DNA of 55,181 nucleotides from Parcubacteria group bacterium GW2011_GWA1_47_8 (GTDB lineage: Bacteria > Patescibacteriota > Minisyncoccia > Phycocordibacterales > UBA1550), in NCBI GenBank assembly GCA_000996605.1, contig LCOP01000002.1:1-55181 (forward strand). The letters are read 5' to 3'. Shown in pieces: positions 46,293-53,797 of the stretch. Within the stretch, counting starts at the first letter, position 1. Every line of letters starts with the position of its first letter. The notes below the pieces were generated by a model. It made no database searches. It was not told where the DNA came from and was given only the letters and a program-made list of their open reading frames with translations. The position numbers were made by a program, and so were the translations under genes.

Positions 46293-48734
46293 ATGAAATT
46301 ACGTACAAAAGCTTCTCTTTTTTTGGGATTAATATTTCTTATCTTTCTGACGGGCATAATCTTTTATGTGCAGATTACAGAAAGTATTTTAAAAACTCAA
46401 ACACTCAATAATTTCTACGTCATCATTAAACAGACAAAAGAGACGATGAATGCTTTCTGGGGTAAGACGGGGACGCGAGCGCTTGACTGGACATCTGATA
46501 TGAATCTCCAGAATATCGTGAAAGCGATATTGACCGCAAAGGAGGGGACACCGGAGCGCGCAGAACTCGCAAAAGCGTTTACAGCCTATGTAAACGAGAA
46601 TAAGATGATCTATGATCAAACGATCATGTTAACGGAAATTCTTGATCGTAGCGGTCGCGTCATTGCTTCGACACGCCCTGAAAGGATTGGGACCGATGAG
46701 CTCAAAGAAGAGATCGAGCTCGGGGTACATTATTTTAGCAAGACGATAGACTCAAATTTTGGCGATGTGTTCATGAAAGGGATCTTTTTCGAGGAAGACG
46801 AAACCCCAGAACCGATGGTGCATGCAACGGTGCGGTTTTTTATACCAAGAAAAGAAGGAAAGCACGAACCTCTTGACGCTGTCCTTTTCGTACATTTTTT
46901 AAGCTCGAATGAAATTTCTAACGCATTGAATTCTGACGTATTGAATAAGGAACAGCACTTCTGGTACGGAGAGACCGAACAAGGAAAATCGTTGGGTTAC
47001 AAAACTACCGAAGCGTACGCTGTCAATAGAGATCGTATCATGGTTACACCTTCGCGTTATGTTAAAGATCTGAAATTGAAACAAAAGATTGATACACTTC
47101 CCGTAAAAGAGTGTCTGGACAATGGTAAGGAAATGAGAGGGGAATACGATGATTATCGCGGAATCCGTGTATTTGGAGTATCATCGTGCGATAAAGAACA
47201 AGGACTCGTGCTTATTATAGAGGTAGACAAGGAAGAAATTTTTGCTCCTCTCGTTGCGTTTACGAAGAAAGTTCTCATCATCGGGATTACCTTGCTTGTC
47301 ATGATAATATCCATTGTTTGGTTGTTTGTCCGTCGATCGACTGCGCGTATTGATGAGATTATCTCGGTGTTCGAACGGGTCACGAAAGATGATCTTCAGG
47401 TGCAAGCACAGGTACATACAAAAGACGAAATGGGGTATTTGGCAGGTATGTTGAACAAAATGATTAATACGATTCGCGGCAACCAAGAATCCCTGCAAGC
47501 TTCAAAACGTGAACTTGAAGAAAAGGAAATTGTGTTAAAAAAAGATATTGAGGAACACGAGAAGCAGGAGAAATTCATCGCACAGACGGAAAGAGCAACG
47601 AGAAATCTTCTCGAAGATGCGTGGCATACAAAAGAAAAGTTTGAGGTTGAGAAAAATCGATTACAGACCATCATTTCCTCGATCGGCGACGGGCTGATTA
47701 TTATCGACGGGGATTATAACACTATGCTCGTGAATCCAAAGGCAGCGGAGCTTCTTCAGATTCCCTCTCTTGGCGATCTCTTGGGCAAAGACTTGCGTAC
47801 CATGATGAAACTTTGGAAGAAAAGAAAAGAAGAGCTTCTTCCGGGAACATGGCCGACCGATGAAATGTTTTTGACCAAGAAAACTGTTGTCGCCGATCTT
47901 GAAGACGAATTATTTCTAACCACAAGTATGCGAACTGAGCCGCTCCCCATCGTGCTTTCCGCGGCGTCTCTTGGTGGAGGAGAAAGGGGAGATGTTGGCG
48001 CAGTTATTCTTATTCGCGATGCGACCGAAGACCGTGAGCTTGATGAGGCAAAGTCCGGATTCATCTCTGTTGCTTCACACCAGCTTCGCACGCCGCTTAC
48101 TACGATTCGTTGGTACTCAGAAATGCTTCTTTCGGGAGATGCGGGAGATGTCTCGGATTCACAACGTGATTTTCTAAATGAGATCCATGGTGGTGTGGAG
48201 CGTCTTTATCAGACCGTAGATCTCTTGCTCGGTATCTCTCGTATTGAAAATGGAAAGCTTAAAACAGACAAGAAACCGATAGATCTCGGTGTGTTTACAG
48301 CCGATATAACGAAGGAGCTCGCGCCGCAGGTTGATGTAAAGAAACTAGCACTTACTGTGATTCCGCCAGAACAAGGTCCTGTTATCGTGTCTCTTGATGC
48401 ACTCACGTTGCGGCAGGTTGTTTTGAATATTATTTCTAACGCAATTCGCTATACAAAGGAAAAAGATACCATTGAAATAAAGTGGAACGTGAGTGAGGAT
48501 GGAAAAGAAGTCGTCTATCTCGTGCGTGACAATGGCATTGGTATCCCCGAGGATCAGCGTCCGCGTATTTTCTCGAAATTCTTTCGAGCTGAAAACGCAC
48601 GCTCGTGGGCTCCAGACGGTTCTGGTCTAGGTCTTTCTTTGGTGAAAGATTTGATCGAGTCATGGAGCGGCAAGGTATGGTTTGAAAGTTCTGAAGGAAA
48701 GGGAACAACGTTCTTCTTTACAATCCCGCTTTAA
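46293..48734 (+). CDS. sensor histidine kinase (2 TM, ~300-aa extracytoplasmic sensor, HAMP, coiled coil, PAS, HisKA, HATPase_c)
   Basis: 813 aa with the H-box SHQLRTPLTTI, an N-box NIISNAIRYT, and G-boxes DNGIGIP and GSGLGLSL. Confidence 0.92.
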   Translation: MKLRTKASLFLGLIFLIFLTGIIFYVQITESILKTQTLNNFYVIIKQTKETMNAFWGKTGTRALDWTSDMNLQNIVKAILTAKEGTPERAELAKAFTAYVNENKMIYDQTIMLTEILDRSGRVIASTRPERIGTDELKEEIELGVHYFSKTIDSNFGDVFMKGIFFEEDETPEPMVHATVRFFIPRKEGKHEPLDAVLFVHFLSSNEISNALNSDVLNKEQHFWYGETEQGKSLGYKTTEAYAVNRDRIMVTPSRYVKDLKLKQKIDTLPVKECLDNGKEMRGEYDDYRGIRVFGVSSCDKEQGLVLIIEVDKEEIFAPLVAFTKKVLIIGITLLVMIISIVWLFVRRSTARIDEIISVFERVTKDDLQVQAQVHTKDEMGYLAGMLNKMINTIRGNQESLQASKRELEEKEIVLKKDIEEHEKQEKFIAQTERATRNLLEDAWHTKEKFEVEKNRLQTIISSIGDGLIIIDGDYNTMLVNPKAAELLQIPSLGDLLGKDLRTMMKLWKKRKEELLPGTWPTDEMFLTKKTVVADLEDELFLTTSMRTEPLPIVLSAASLGGGERGDVGAVILIRDATEDRELDEAKSGFISVASHQLRTPLTTIRWYSEMLLSGDAGDVSDSQRDFLNEIHGGVERLYQTVDLLLGISRIENGKLKTDKKPIDLGVFTADITKELAPQVDVKKLALTVIPPEQGPVIVSLDALTLRQVVLNIISNAIRYTKEKDTIEIKWNVSEDGKEVVYLVRDNGIGIPEDQRPRIFSKFFRAENARSWAPDGSGLGLSLVKDLIESWSGKVWFESSEGKGTTFFFTIPL

Positions 48735-48818
48735 TAATCTAACGTTGTCGGAGCCGGGATACCTCGTCCGATTGCGGCGGGGTGATTCATTAGATGATAG
48801 CTTCTACATGTTGAGTTA

Positions 48819-48847
48819 TTGCAAGAATAGATGTACGGATGTATAAT
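48819..48847 (+). promoter_or_regulatory. candidate sigma70-type promoter TTGCAA-17 nt-TATAAT upstream of the hemerythrin-like/receiver genes
   Basis: TTGCAA at 48819-48824 and TATAAT at 48842-48847, with exact 17-nt spacing. Confidence 0.45.
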
Positions 48848-48904
48848 TCCTTCTAAGATTGCGCGGGGTAGTTATTAAGCATTATTAAAAACAATTTAAT
48901 CATT

Positions 48905-49306
48905 ATGGTTACAGACTTCATCAAAACTCTTGAGAGAGAGCACAACGTAATTCGGGATATTTTTGACGCGATTGACACGACGAACAACTTAGAAAATAGG
49001 AAGAATCTTATTCAGAAATTACAAGAGGTGCTCGTTCCGCATTTAGAAAGAGAAGATACTAAACTCTATCCGACACTTATAAAATCCTCGGACGAAGAAG
49101 TGCGTCGCATGGCAAACCTATTCCACCTTACAATGAAATCTTATGCAGAGAATTTTGCTCTTGTTATAAATAGGATATTAGCTATCAATGGTGAGGATGT
49201 ACCGTCGGATATTGCGCTGGATTATAACAGGATACGTGATAGAATAAAAGACAGGATGGCTATCGAGGAAGTGACAATTTTTCCCGCATATGAGAAAGCC
49301 ATTTAA
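48905..49306 (+). CDS. hemerythrin-like (HHE cation-binding) domain protein
   Basis: 133 aa. Four-helix pattern with EREHNVI, VPHLEREDTKLYP and AIEEVTIFP. The second-half His ligands are partly substituted. Confidence 0.5.
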   Translation: MVTDFIKTLEREHNVIRDIFDAIDTTNNLENRKNLIQKLQEVLVPHLEREDTKLYPTLIKSSDEEVRRMANLFHLTMKSYAENFALVINRILAINGEDVPSDIALDYNRIRDRIKDRMAIEEVTIFPAYEKAI

Positions 49307-49323
49307 TCTTTATATATTAAAGT

Positions 49324-49710
49324 ATGGAAGAAAAAATAAAATTAAAGACGATTCTTCTTGTAGAAGACGATGTGGCGCTGAACCGCGCAATCACACTTAA
49401 ACTCAAGCAAAATAGACACCATGTCATATCGGTAATGCGCGCCGAAGACGCACTCAATGTGCTCAAGGCAGAACATACCACCATAGATATTATTTGGCTT
49501 GATATACTGCTTCCGGGAATGAATGGCATCGAGTTCTTGCAAGAGCTTCGCAATCACAAGGAATACAAAGATTTGAAAGTGGTTATTTGTTCTGTTTCAG
49601 GTGGAGCTGAAGTAAAAAAGATTGGATTTGAGCTTGGAGCTGTTGACTATTTGGTGAAAAGTGATTACGATTTGAACAAATTAATAGAAAAGATTGTGAG
49701 TTACGCATGA
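49324..49710 (+). CDS. single-domain response regulator (CheY-like receiver)
   Basis: 128 aa with the acidic pocket VEDD, phospho-acceptor WLDILLPG, a conserved Ser (CSVSG) and Lys (YLVKS). No output domain. Confidence 0.9.
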   Translation: MEEKIKLKTILLVEDDVALNRAITLKLKQNRHHVISVMRAEDALNVLKAEHTTIDIIWLDILLPGMNGIEFLQELRNHKEYKDLKVVICSVSGGAEVKKIGFELGAVDYLVKSDYDLNKLIEKIVSYA

Positions 49711-49734
49711 TATAGAATATTGAATAATTACAAA

Positions 49735-50112
49735 ATGGATACAAAACAAAAAAAAGTGATGATCGTCGAGGACGACGAGCATATCTCTAAAGTGTATGAG
49801 ATCAAGCTCGCAAAAGAGGGGATCATGACCATCCTTGCCCGCGATGGCGAGGAGGCGGTTATGAAGATTATTGCCGAAAAGCCCGACGTCATTTTGCTCG
49901 ATCTTATGATCCCTAAGAAAGACGGTTTCGGTGTTCTTGAAGATATCAAAAAAAAACCAGAGCTCGCAAGCATCCCCGTCATAATTCTTTCGAATCTTGG
50001 CCAAAAGAGCGATCAAGATCGTACCCTTGCGCTTGGTGCTAATGAATATTTGGTCAAGGTGGATTATTCCATTCAGGATGTTATTGATAAGGTGAAAGGG
50101 TATTTGGGGTAG
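49735..50112 (+). CDS. single-domain response regulator (CheY-like receiver)
   Basis: The ORF track starts at TTG 49720; ATG 49735 gives MDTKQKKVMIVEDDE. It has LLDLMIPKKDG, ILSNLG and YLVK. No output domain. Confidence 0.9.
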   Translation: MDTKQKKVMIVEDDEHISKVYEIKLAKEGIMTILARDGEEAVMKIIAEKPDVILLDLMIPKKDGFGVLEDIKKKPELASIPVIILSNLGQKSDQDRTLALGANEYLVKVDYSIQDVIDKVKGYLG

Positions 50113-50361
50113 AATATGGAATTTGGAATATTGAATTTGGAATGGGACGCGGAACCCTGTCTTTGCGAGGAACGAAGCAATCCAGAGTATGTACCATGAA
50201 TCCTGGATTGCTTCGCTACGCTCGCAAAGACATACAAAACCCATGAATTCAAGACCCGACCTTTATGTATTTATCTTTGCACTCGGTCTATACATTTGTA
50301 TCTGAATCCCTGCATTATTCCACATTCCACATTCCACATTCCAAATTCCACCTTCCGCCCC
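50107..50361. repeat. composite element E3: inverted heptamer arrays (NTGGAAT x5 / ATTCCAC x5) flanking a long imperfect hairpin
   Basis: The left array is GGGGTAGAAT ATGGAAT TTGGAAT ATTGAAT TTGGAAT GGGA (50107-50148). The inner hairpin is TGTCTTTGCGAGGAACGAAGCAATCCAG...CCTGGATTGCTTCGCTACGCTCGCAAAGACA (50158-50232). The right array is ATTCCAC x3, ATTCCAA, ATTCCAC, CTTCCGCCCC (50317-50361). Confidence 0.7.
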
Positions 50362-50379
50362 GACTTATCCACAGGTTAC

Positions 50380-50408
50380 TTGTTCCCATCTTGCCAAAAA
50401 GGTATAAT
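50380..50408 (+). promoter_or_regulatory. candidate promoter TTGTTC-17 nt-TATAAT upstream of the pilin genes
   Basis: TTGTTC at 50380-50385 and TATAAT at 50403-50408, 33 nt before ATG 50442. Confidence 0.4.
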
Positions 50409-50441
50409 CAATAACATAACAATTAAATAATAATTTTGAAT

Positions 50442-51200
50442 ATGATTTCACGAATAAAAAAGTCTTGGGATTCTGTTAAATGTTTTAATTCCCCGCATTC
50501 TTCCGCGTCTAGTCCGCGACAGCCCACGTCCCCTTCGGGCTTCACCCTCCTCGAGCTCTTGATCGTCGTTTCCATTATCGCCATATTGTCCGTCGCGCTC
50601 GTGCTCGTTTTGGACCCCGCAGAAGCACTCCGCAAGTCCCGCGACTCACAGCGTATGTCAGACTTGAGTACCATGAAGACGGCACTCGGGATTTATCTTA
50701 CGAGCACGACAACGCCACTTTTGGGTGGTGCGTCTAATGCTGGTTGTAAATTAACTGCAACGGGGGCGTATGCTGCTGGTGACCTTATCTATTATTCTGG
50801 CGTTGCTGGGTTTAGTGACCTCCTTCTTGACGGAAGTGTCACATCTGGTCAACCAACTGCGCAAATCTCTTCTACCCCAGCTACAACTGATGGCCTTGGA
50901 TGGATTCCGGTGCCATTCGATAACTTAATTGGTGGTTCCCCAATCTCTAATCTTCCTGTTGACCCCGTAAATACAATTGCAAGTGCTTCAAATGTGGTAA
51001 GTACAGACCTGGTGTATCGTTATGCCTGCTCGATAACGCCCCTTGCTTTTGAGATTGATGCCCAACTCGAAAGTGCTGCGTATGCTACAACAGGGTCAGC
51101 TGACAATAAGAAAACTACTGATGGCGGAAACGCAGATCTTTACTATGAAGTTGGCACTAATTTGAAAATTCTTGGAACAGGGGCATCAGTACCGTTCTAA
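50442..51200 (+). CDS. type IV pilin-like protein (class III signal, long leader)
   Basis: The leader MISRIKK...PSG is followed by FTLLELLIVVSIIAILSVA (G|FTLLE prepilin cleavage/methylation motif) and a C-terminal DLVYRYAC...FEIDAQLES. The ORF track starts at TTG 50436. Confidence 0.85.
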   Translation: MISRIKKSWDSVKCFNSPHSSASSPRQPTSPSGFTLLELLIVVSIIAILSVALVLVLDPAEALRKSRDSQRMSDLSTMKTALGIYLTSTTTPLLGGASNAGCKLTATGAYAAGDLIYYSGVAGFSDLLLDGSVTSGQPTAQISSTPATTDGLGWIPVPFDNLIGGSPISNLPVDPVNTIASASNVVSTDLVYRYACSITPLAFEIDAQLESAAYATTGSADNKKTTDGGNADLYYEVGTNLKILGTGASVPF

Positions 51201-51230
51201 CATTCTAATCATCATAACTAATTCATCACC

Positions 51231-52001
51231 ATGATTTCACTCACTAACCTCAAAGAAAAACGCGAGAACGGGCTTGCTCACAACCGCCTTGGCGGCGGGT
51301 TCACCCTCCTTGAACTTTTAATCGTTATCGCAATCATCGCCATCCTGTCAATCGCTCTCGTGTTCATGTTGAACCCGGCAGAAACGCTCAAAAAAGCACG
51401 TGATGCACAGCGCATCTCGGACTTGAAGTCAGTCAAAACCGCCCTCGGCATCATGCTTACCGCATCCTCAACCCCAAGCCTCGATAATTTTGGTGTAATT
51501 TGTACGACTACTACAACACCAGCAGGTGCCACTACTCTAGCAGCAGCTCCTAAGATTCGATACAGTGCTAATGTAACACCTACTCTTGGTGGAACATTAA
51601 CTGCTGGTTCTGACTCCGCGTTTACTCCATGGGTGTCGACTTCCGGTGCCCCTAGTGGTACAACAGCCGGAAAAGTTGATGGAACGGGCTGGATTCCTGT
51701 TAATTTGAAAGCATTGACGGGCGGAACACCAATCTCAAGTTTTCCTGTTGACCCTACCAACTCAATCACAACAACAGCTACTGCTTCAGATCTTGTCTAT
51801 CGCTATGCATGCCAGAATGGAACTACGGCAAGCGTTGGCGCGGGTAAGCCAGCTTATGTTTTTGAGATTGACGCGGTGCTTGAGAGTAATGCATATACCG
51901 TTGATGATAACAAAATGACAAAAGATGGTGGAGATAATGATGATAAATATGAGAGTGGAAATAGTTTAAATCTCTTACCATTGACTGGCGCGTTATTCTA
52001 G
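51231..52001 (+). CDS. type IV pilin-like protein, paralog of the preceding gene
   Basis: MISLTNLKEKRENGLAHNRLGGG|FTLLELLIVIAIIAILSIA. It shares RDAQRISDLKSVKTALG, PVDP, DLVYRYAC and FEIDAVLES with the first pilin. Confidence 0.85.
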   Translation: MISLTNLKEKRENGLAHNRLGGGFTLLELLIVIAIIAILSIALVFMLNPAETLKKARDAQRISDLKSVKTALGIMLTASSTPSLDNFGVICTTTTTPAGATTLAAAPKIRYSANVTPTLGGTLTAGSDSAFTPWVSTSGAPSGTTAGKVDGTGWIPVNLKALTGGTPISSFPVDPTNSITTTATASDLVYRYACQNGTTASVGAGKPAYVFEIDAVLESNAYTVDDNKMTKDGGDNDDKYESGNSLNLLPLTGALF

Positions 52002-52024
52002 TTCAGTTAACGTTTTTCAAAAAA

Positions 52025-52058
52025 ACACCCGACCTGCTAGCAGGTCGGGTGTTTTTTT
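52025..52058 (+). terminator. strong intrinsic terminator after the pilin genes
   Basis: ACACCCGACCTG (52025-52036), loop CTAG, CAGGTCGGGTGT (52041-52052), then TTTTTT. An A-run precedes the stem. Confidence 0.8.
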
Positions 52059-52227
52059 GTTACTATTTTATTAACGACGTAGGGCGAGCAAAATACAAAA
52101 GTAATCTTTTGTATTTTTGAGCCAAGGAGTTAATATAGGTCTAATACCTCACCGCTTGCGGTGAGAAAGTGCGAGCAAAGTGAGCTCCGACAATACCCCG
52201 TCGGCTTGCCACGGGGAACCTTTATTT

Positions 52228-52890
52228 ATGATACTTAATTTTATTTTCTCTAATCTCGATAGAATCGCCCTCGCCGTATGGCTCGTGTTCTTTGTAGTCG
52301 TGCTCGTGCGTGTATTTAAATCAGCGTGGCTTAAAGATATCGCTTACCGCTGGCTTATTGTCGTGGCGGTATTTCTCCATATTTTGTATGGCGCAGTCGC
52401 CACATGGGGGCAGTATGTCGTCTGGGGCAAAAGCGAATTCACGAAAATACTACTTTCATCAGCACTCTCTCCAGAAGTGCCGTTTCCTTCAATGCTCGAA
52501 TGGTTACGCCCCGCATTTGACGGTGCACACGGATACTTCGCGTTCCATTCCTTCCAAAACTTTTTCTTGAGCACGATTGCACTCTTCATTATCGTCGGAC
52601 TCTTTCTCGCCTTCCTTGTTGTTCGTGCCCGTTATCGCCCGATTAATTTTCGAGAAGGGGATATTGCAATCATTGCTCTTGCTCTCCTCATTGCCGGCTG
52701 GCCGGGGGTCATTACACTCTTGCCGATAGGACTTTTTGTCGCCGTAATTTTTTCTCTTGGCGCGCGGTTTTTCTATAGTATCGAGCGCGTTCCACTTCCA
52801 CCCGCATTCCTCATTGCCGCACCATTTGCACTCATTTTTGCAATCCCCATCCTCACCGCCCTCCACCTCTACCCGCTCCTCAAGCTCTAA
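52228..52890 (+). CDS. polytopic membrane protein; possible divergent prepilin (A24-type) peptidase
   Basis: The ORF track starts at 52180 inside hairpin-rich sequence; ATG 52228 gives MILNFIFSN. It has about 6 TM helices. REGDIAIIALALLIAGWPG and VPLPPAFLIAAPF loosely resemble the GxGDxKL and PFGP regions of PilD/FlaK. It sits between the pilins and pilB. The functional call is weak. Confidence 0.5.
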   Translation: MILNFIFSNLDRIALAVWLVFFVVVLVRVFKSAWLKDIAYRWLIVVAVFLHILYGAVATWGQYVVWGKSEFTKILLSSALSPEVPFPSMLEWLRPAFDGAHGYFAFHSFQNFFLSTIALFIIVGLFLAFLVVRARYRPINFREGDIAIIALALLIAGWPGVITLLPIGLFVAVIFSLGARFFYSIERVPLPPAFLIAAPFALIFAIPILTALHLYPLLKL

Positions 52891-52896
52891 ACATTA

Positions 52897-52958
52897 TTGA
52901 AGCCAGGCTTCAACATTCAACGGAGATTGATTGTTGAAGCCTGGCTTCAACAATGGTA
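52897..52958. repeat. left REP-like pair (two palindromes in inverted orientation)
   Basis: TTGAAGCCAGGCTTCAA (52897-52913) and TTGAAGCCTGGCTTCAA (52935-52951) are reverse complements of each other. The second runs into TGGTACAAT (52954-52962), a leaderless-type -10 box 6 nt before ATG 52969. Confidence 0.8.
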
Positions 52959-52968
52959 CAATTGAGTC

Positions 52969-53691
52969 ATGAGAAAAGAATCATTTGGTGTCGGTGATAT
53001 CGTTCACGTCTTTAATCGTGGGAATAGGAAACAGGAGATAGTGCGCGATGACGTAGATAGATGGAGATTTCTCCAAACACTGTTTTATTTTAATGATGAA
53101 TACTCTCCCGAGAATCCGTTCCGTACTCTCAGTGATTTACTTGGGGCTGATTTCAATAGTGGAGGGGTATTAGTTTGGCCGAGTACTTGGCCAAAGCAGA
53201 ACAAACTTGTAGGCATCATTGCTCTCACTTTAATGGATAATCACTACCATCTTGTACTTCAGGAAATAAAAGAAGGCGGAGTTTCAAAATTTATGCATAA
53301 ATTTGGAACTGGGACAACAAATCGATTTAATACTCGGCACAAAGAAACAGGCCGTCTTTTCCAAGGACCATACAAGGCACGCAGGGTTGGATCCGATAAT
53401 TATCTCAAATATTTAAATGTATACCTGCATATAAAAAATGTTTTTGAATTGTACCCAGGAGGTCTCAAAAAAGCAGTGAGTGAGTTTGAAGATGCATATC
53501 AATTTGCGACTCATTATCCGTACACGAGTCTCGGGGGGTATCTTTACAATGAATCAAACATGAGAAAGATCATCTCCTCGGATGTTCTCGATGAGGAATT
53601 TGCCGATGAGAAGGAATTTAAGAAATTTGCCCGCATGTGCGCAGACCAGATCTTTTTCGAAGAGGCCTCATGCGCACTTCAATTCCCATAG
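52969..53691 (+). CDS. HUH/Y1 tyrosine transposase-like protein (IS200/IS605 superfamily, REP-associated RAYT type)
   Basis: 240 aa with the HUH motif LMDNHYHLVLQ, GRLFQGPYKARRV, YLKYLNVYLHIKN (catalytic Tyr region) and YPYTSLGGYL. Confidence 0.8.
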   Translation: MRKESFGVGDIVHVFNRGNRKQEIVRDDVDRWRFLQTLFYFNDEYSPENPFRTLSDLLGADFNSGGVLVWPSTWPKQNKLVGIIALTLMDNHYHLVLQEIKEGGVSKFMHKFGTGTTNRFNTRHKETGRLFQGPYKARRVGSDNYLKYLNVYLHIKNVFELYPGGLKKAVSEFEDAYQFATHYPYTSLGGYLYNESNMRKIISSDVLDEEFADEKEFKKFARMCADQIFFEEASCALQFP

Positions 53692-53704
53692 TTTAGTTGA
53701 AGCC

Positions 53705-53756
53705 ATGCTTCTGTTGAATTGTTGAAGCCTGGCTTCAACAATGGTAGGTGCATATC
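53705..53756. repeat. right REP-like pair (one degenerate, one intact)
   Basis: A degenerate copy GTTGAAGCCATGCTTCTGTTGAA (53705-53727) is followed by an intact GTTGAAGCCTGGCTTCAACAATGGTA (53731-53756). Confidence 0.75.
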
Positions 53757-53778
53757 CACAGAGTTTTTTGTTGCATCG

Positions 53779-53787
53779 TGGTATACT
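53779..53787 (+). promoter_or_regulatory. candidate extended -10 box TGGTATACT upstream of pilB
   Basis: TGnTAnAnT pattern, 110 nt before ATG 53897. Confidence 0.35.
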
Positions 53788-53797
53788 AAAAGGATAA

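Larger units (their letters stand above)
52897..53756 (+). mobile_element. RAYT/IS200-like unit: Y1 transposase gene flanked by REP-like palindromes
   Basis: The 29-nt identical direct repeats ATTGTTGAAGCCTGGCTTCAACAATGGTA at 52930-52958 and 53728-53756 bracket the gene. Each contains the hairpin TTGAAGCC-T-GGCTTCAA. Confidence 0.7.

Noticed and set aside
48735-48904. Possible tRNA or small RNA gene in the GC-rich part of the spacer (GTCGGAGCCGGGATACCTCGTCCGATTGCGGCGGGG)
   Set aside because: No cloverleaf can be drawn and there is no T-loop GTTCRANYC consensus. None of the longer spacers in the window yielded a tRNA-like fold by inspection.
49681-50244. 187-aa minus-strand ORF covering the second receiver gene and the E3 hairpin
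   Set aside because: It is antisense to a receiver domain with all conserved residues. Its N-terminus (CERSEAIQ...) is simply a translation of the intergenic hairpin repeat.
50317-50351. Heptamer arrays considered as a CRISPR array or other long-period repeat
   Set aside because: The units are 7 nt with no spacers, far too short for CRISPR. No cas genes are present in the window.
51278-51769. 163-aa ORF antisense to the second pilin gene
   Set aside because: It is a shadow ORF. The pilin frame has the diagnostic G|FTLLE motif and paralogy with the first pilin.
52060-52227. Three consecutive small hairpins upstream of the membrane protein gene (12-bp AT stem at 52090-52117, CTCACCG...CGGTGAG, CCCCGT...ACGGGG), considered as a riboswitch or sRNA
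   Set aside because: They resemble no riboswitch class I know. They are short and could simply be terminator-proximal or leader structure. I noted them but did not call a feature.
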